NCBI RefSeq assembly: GCF_964355755.1
Contig: NC_092679.1
Span: 1 to 64,000 of the forward strand
Direction of reading: 5' to 3'
DNA from: Antedon mediterranea
Lineage: Eukaryota; Animalia; Echinodermata
DNA: 64,000 bases
A program made the translations under genes and the position numbers. The notes under the pieces are model-generated. The model had not been told where the DNA came from, made no database searches, and worked only from the letters and a program-made list of their open reading frames with translations. Below, one piece after another: positions 61,320-64,000 of the stretch. Position 1 is the stretch's first letter. Each line of letters opens with the position of its first letter.

Positions 61320-63397
61320 CATTTTGGGTACAGTAATTATTACTATGTCTTGAGCACGTTAGGCTGATACCAACATGACCCATATTTCACATTTTGGGTA
61401 CAGTAATTATTACTATGTCTTGAGCACGTTAGGCTGATACCAACATGACCCATATTTCACATTTTGGGTACAGTAATTATTACTATGTCTTGAGCACGTT
61501 AGGCTGATACCAACATGACCCATATTTCACATTTTGGGTACAGTAATTATTACTATGTCTTGAGCACGTTTGGCTGATACCAACATGACCCATATTTCAC
61601 ATTTTGGGTACAGTAATTATTACTATGTCTTGAGCATGTTAGGCTGATACCAACATGACCCATATTTCACATTTTGGGTACAGTAATTATTACTACTAGA
61701 GGGTGAGCTCGCTTCGCTCGCTCCCCCTCTAGGAAGTGTAGACGATGGTTCTCGGAATGATAATGTTCTCCTTATACATTTTCTGTCGGTTACCATTATT
61801 GAAAATGCTTGACATTCGTAAAACTAAACTACTTTGTTTCACAGTGTTTTAGATGATTAATAACATTTTAAAGTATAGTTTTTATTGTTTGGTAGGGCCC
61901 TTTGGGAAGGCGGAGGTCATTTGAGGGAGGTGCTTATTCGAGGGATATATGTTAAATTTTTTAGTTCTAATAATATGGTAACATTTATAATCAAATGAAA
62001 TCCTCTCATAGATATGAAAAGTGGTAAAAAAGAATAACAAATGCTTGGTAAATTGCAGATAACAGTGCGGTGAATTCTACTACAAATAGTATAATTGTGT
62101 TATTATAAATATGTGGATGGACGTTTATTAGATAGTTGGGTTGTGGGGTGGTTATTATTCAAAGTGATGTTTTATTGGAGAGGCGTTTATTCAAATGAAT
62201 ACCATCCTAATAATTATTAATACATTATTTAATTTAATCATCTTTTGAAACTAACTGCCGTGACAGAGTGGGCCCAAGAAAGAAGACATTACGGCTTGCA
62301 ACATGGGCAGACATCTCGGTCCTAACGGGACACAGGAAGATAGCCTACAGTTATTCCTGCAAGCTTACTCAATAAAACTCAGCTATCGGGATTTTACTCG
62401 AAAAATGTCTTATCAAATCTCCCTATGTAATTTTATAATACTATTCCCCACAATATATTCTGATTCTTTATGGCGTATATTTAATTTGATCTTTATTAAT
62501 TTGCAGTATAATTCCTATTATTTAACTACTGTACCTTCACACACGTGTGGTATGTTTTAAAATAAACAAAAAACTGAAATGGCTATGATTAATGGCCAAT
62601 TTTTTTTTCGTCTTCCAAAGGGACACTGTATTGATTGATGGAAAGTGCCTGTTTCCAGTCACCTTTAGGGTCAAATCTATTATTTTAACTGCTCCCTTCT
62701 GTATAAAAGAGAGAAAATATTTGAAACTAAGGTGAACTTATCTTAAACCCGGAAATTACTTTGACCAGGAAGAATTGAAATTGAGAGGAAAATCCAATGT
62801 TGAAATCATAAATGATGTTAAAAAACTCTTTATAATATCTTCCTAAGATATAAATATGGAATAATAGCGTCGGCGTGCACACTAATGTTATCAAATCTAC
62901 GTTTCGCGGTACATCTCGGATAGATAAGGTAGGTATCCAAGGCGGAGATTTGTAGAGAAGTTTTTGCATTGTGCTCGCCTATGTCAGAATTAACCATAAT
63001 TTATATATAGATGTCTTGAGCACGTTTGGCTGATACCAACATGACCCATATTTCACATTTTGGGTACAGTAATTATTACTATGTCTTGAGCACGTTAGGC
63101 TGATACCAACATGACCCATATTTCACATTTGGGTACAGTAATTATTACTATGTCTTGAGCACGTTAGGCTGATACCAACATGACCCATATTTCACATTTT
63201 GGGTACAGTAATTATTACTATGTCTTGAGCACGTTTGGCTGATACCAACATGACCCATATTTCACATTTTGGGTACAGTAATTATTACTATGTCTTGAGC
63301 ACGTTAGGCTGATACCAACATGACCCATATTTCACATTTTGGGTACAGTAATTATTACTATGTCTTGAGCACGTTAGACTGATACCAACATGACCCA
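61320..63397. repeat. 70-bp minisatellite split by a Helitron
   Basis: Unit ATTTTGGGTACAGTAATTATTACTATGTCTTGAGCACGTTAGGCTGATACCAACATGACCCATATTTCAC, ~5 copies each side. Confidence 0.95.
61696..63011 (-). mobile_element. Non-autonomous Helitron
   Basis: Minus strand starts TCTATATATAAA and ends ...GAGCGAGCGAAGCGAGCTCACCCTCTAG (GC-rich 3' hairpin plus CTAG). Inserted between A and T of a satellite unit with no TSD. Confidence 0.9.
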
Positions 63398-63483
63398 TTC
63401 TACATTATTCGGGCATGGTTGGTAATATTATACTTCAGGTAGTTAAATATTATATTAAAGAATTAATCAGTTAATTTTATCAG

Positions 63484-63750
63484 TTTGTTTGTTTGTTTGT
63501 TTGTTTGTTTTATCTTTATACTGGGTGACCTCTTCAGTCAAAGACTGATCTCCCAGAGGGCCCAGTTGGTGATCAGTGGCTGTGATGTACTAATACACCG
63601 GGGTAACCCCCTACTCGTCTCGAAAGATGTACTAGGTTCTTTAAAGTGCACCCGAGCAAGTTGTGTACACTGGACCTACGGTTTATAGTCCTTCTCCGAG
63701 AAGACTCGTTCTACCACCAGAACCATGGAGTGAGTGAGCCTCGAACACAT
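63484..63750 (-). mobile_element. tRNA-derived SINE (5'-truncated) with (AAAC)n tail
   Basis: (GTTT)n at 63484-63510 followed by a body (GGGTAACCCCCTACTC...GTTCTTTAAAGTGCAC...GGACCTACGGTTTATAGTCC) resembling invertebrate SINE cores; second fragment near 27300. Confidence 0.6.
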
Positions 63751-64000
63751 GCCGATGTTATGGCTACGTATCATCATTCATGAAGAGTAATACACTATTC
63801 TTGATTCCCATTAAAACATCCCATCAAAACATTGACAAAAAAAATCATTATTCCCTCATTCTTATGATCGTAATAAAAACAATTCTTAATACGTATCATC
63901 ATTCATGAAGAGTAATACACTATTCTTGATTCCCATTAATCAAGTTTTAATTAAAAAGACAAGAGTTGTAAACAGTTGTTGGATACAGGAAACTTAATTA

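Overview
AT-rich, intron-containing eukaryotic DNA from an invertebrate animal. An echinoderm is likely, but that is inferred from gene structure, repeat style and abundant AGGCCT/CTAG tracts. Seven spliced protein-coding genes were rebuilt by hand with frame-consistent GT-AG exons: SNRPD2 (-), FKBP2 (+), EXO1 (-, with one U12-type intron), a CCDC42/CFAP73-family coiled-coil gene (+), SAV1/Salvador (-), an uncharacterised 175-aa two-coding-exon gene (+) and the 3' part of a FEZ1/FEZ2 (UNC-76) gene (-). Introns and intergenic DNA hold many non-autonomous DNA transposons with visible TIRs and TSDs (Mutator-, Sola-, piggyBac-, hAT-, IS3EU-, Kolobok-, Ginger-, Harbinger- and Tc1/pogo-like), plus a Helitron, a Helentron-type element, SINE fragments and many minisatellites. 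The most notable patterns are: (i) AGGCCT/CTAG-rich patches directly downstream of the first splice donor of most transcription units; (ii) a 2.6-kb Kolobok-like element that appears to retain two convergent spliced, non-coding or short-ORF units; (iii) tandem arrays that multiply real splice sites in SAV1 and FEZ; (iv) a candidate 12-nt neural-type microexon in FEZ; (v) tRNA-Val-like Pol III cassettes embedded in repeats. Most long ORFs in the supplied track are artefacts of tandem repeats. Family names are recognised from memory; no database search was run.
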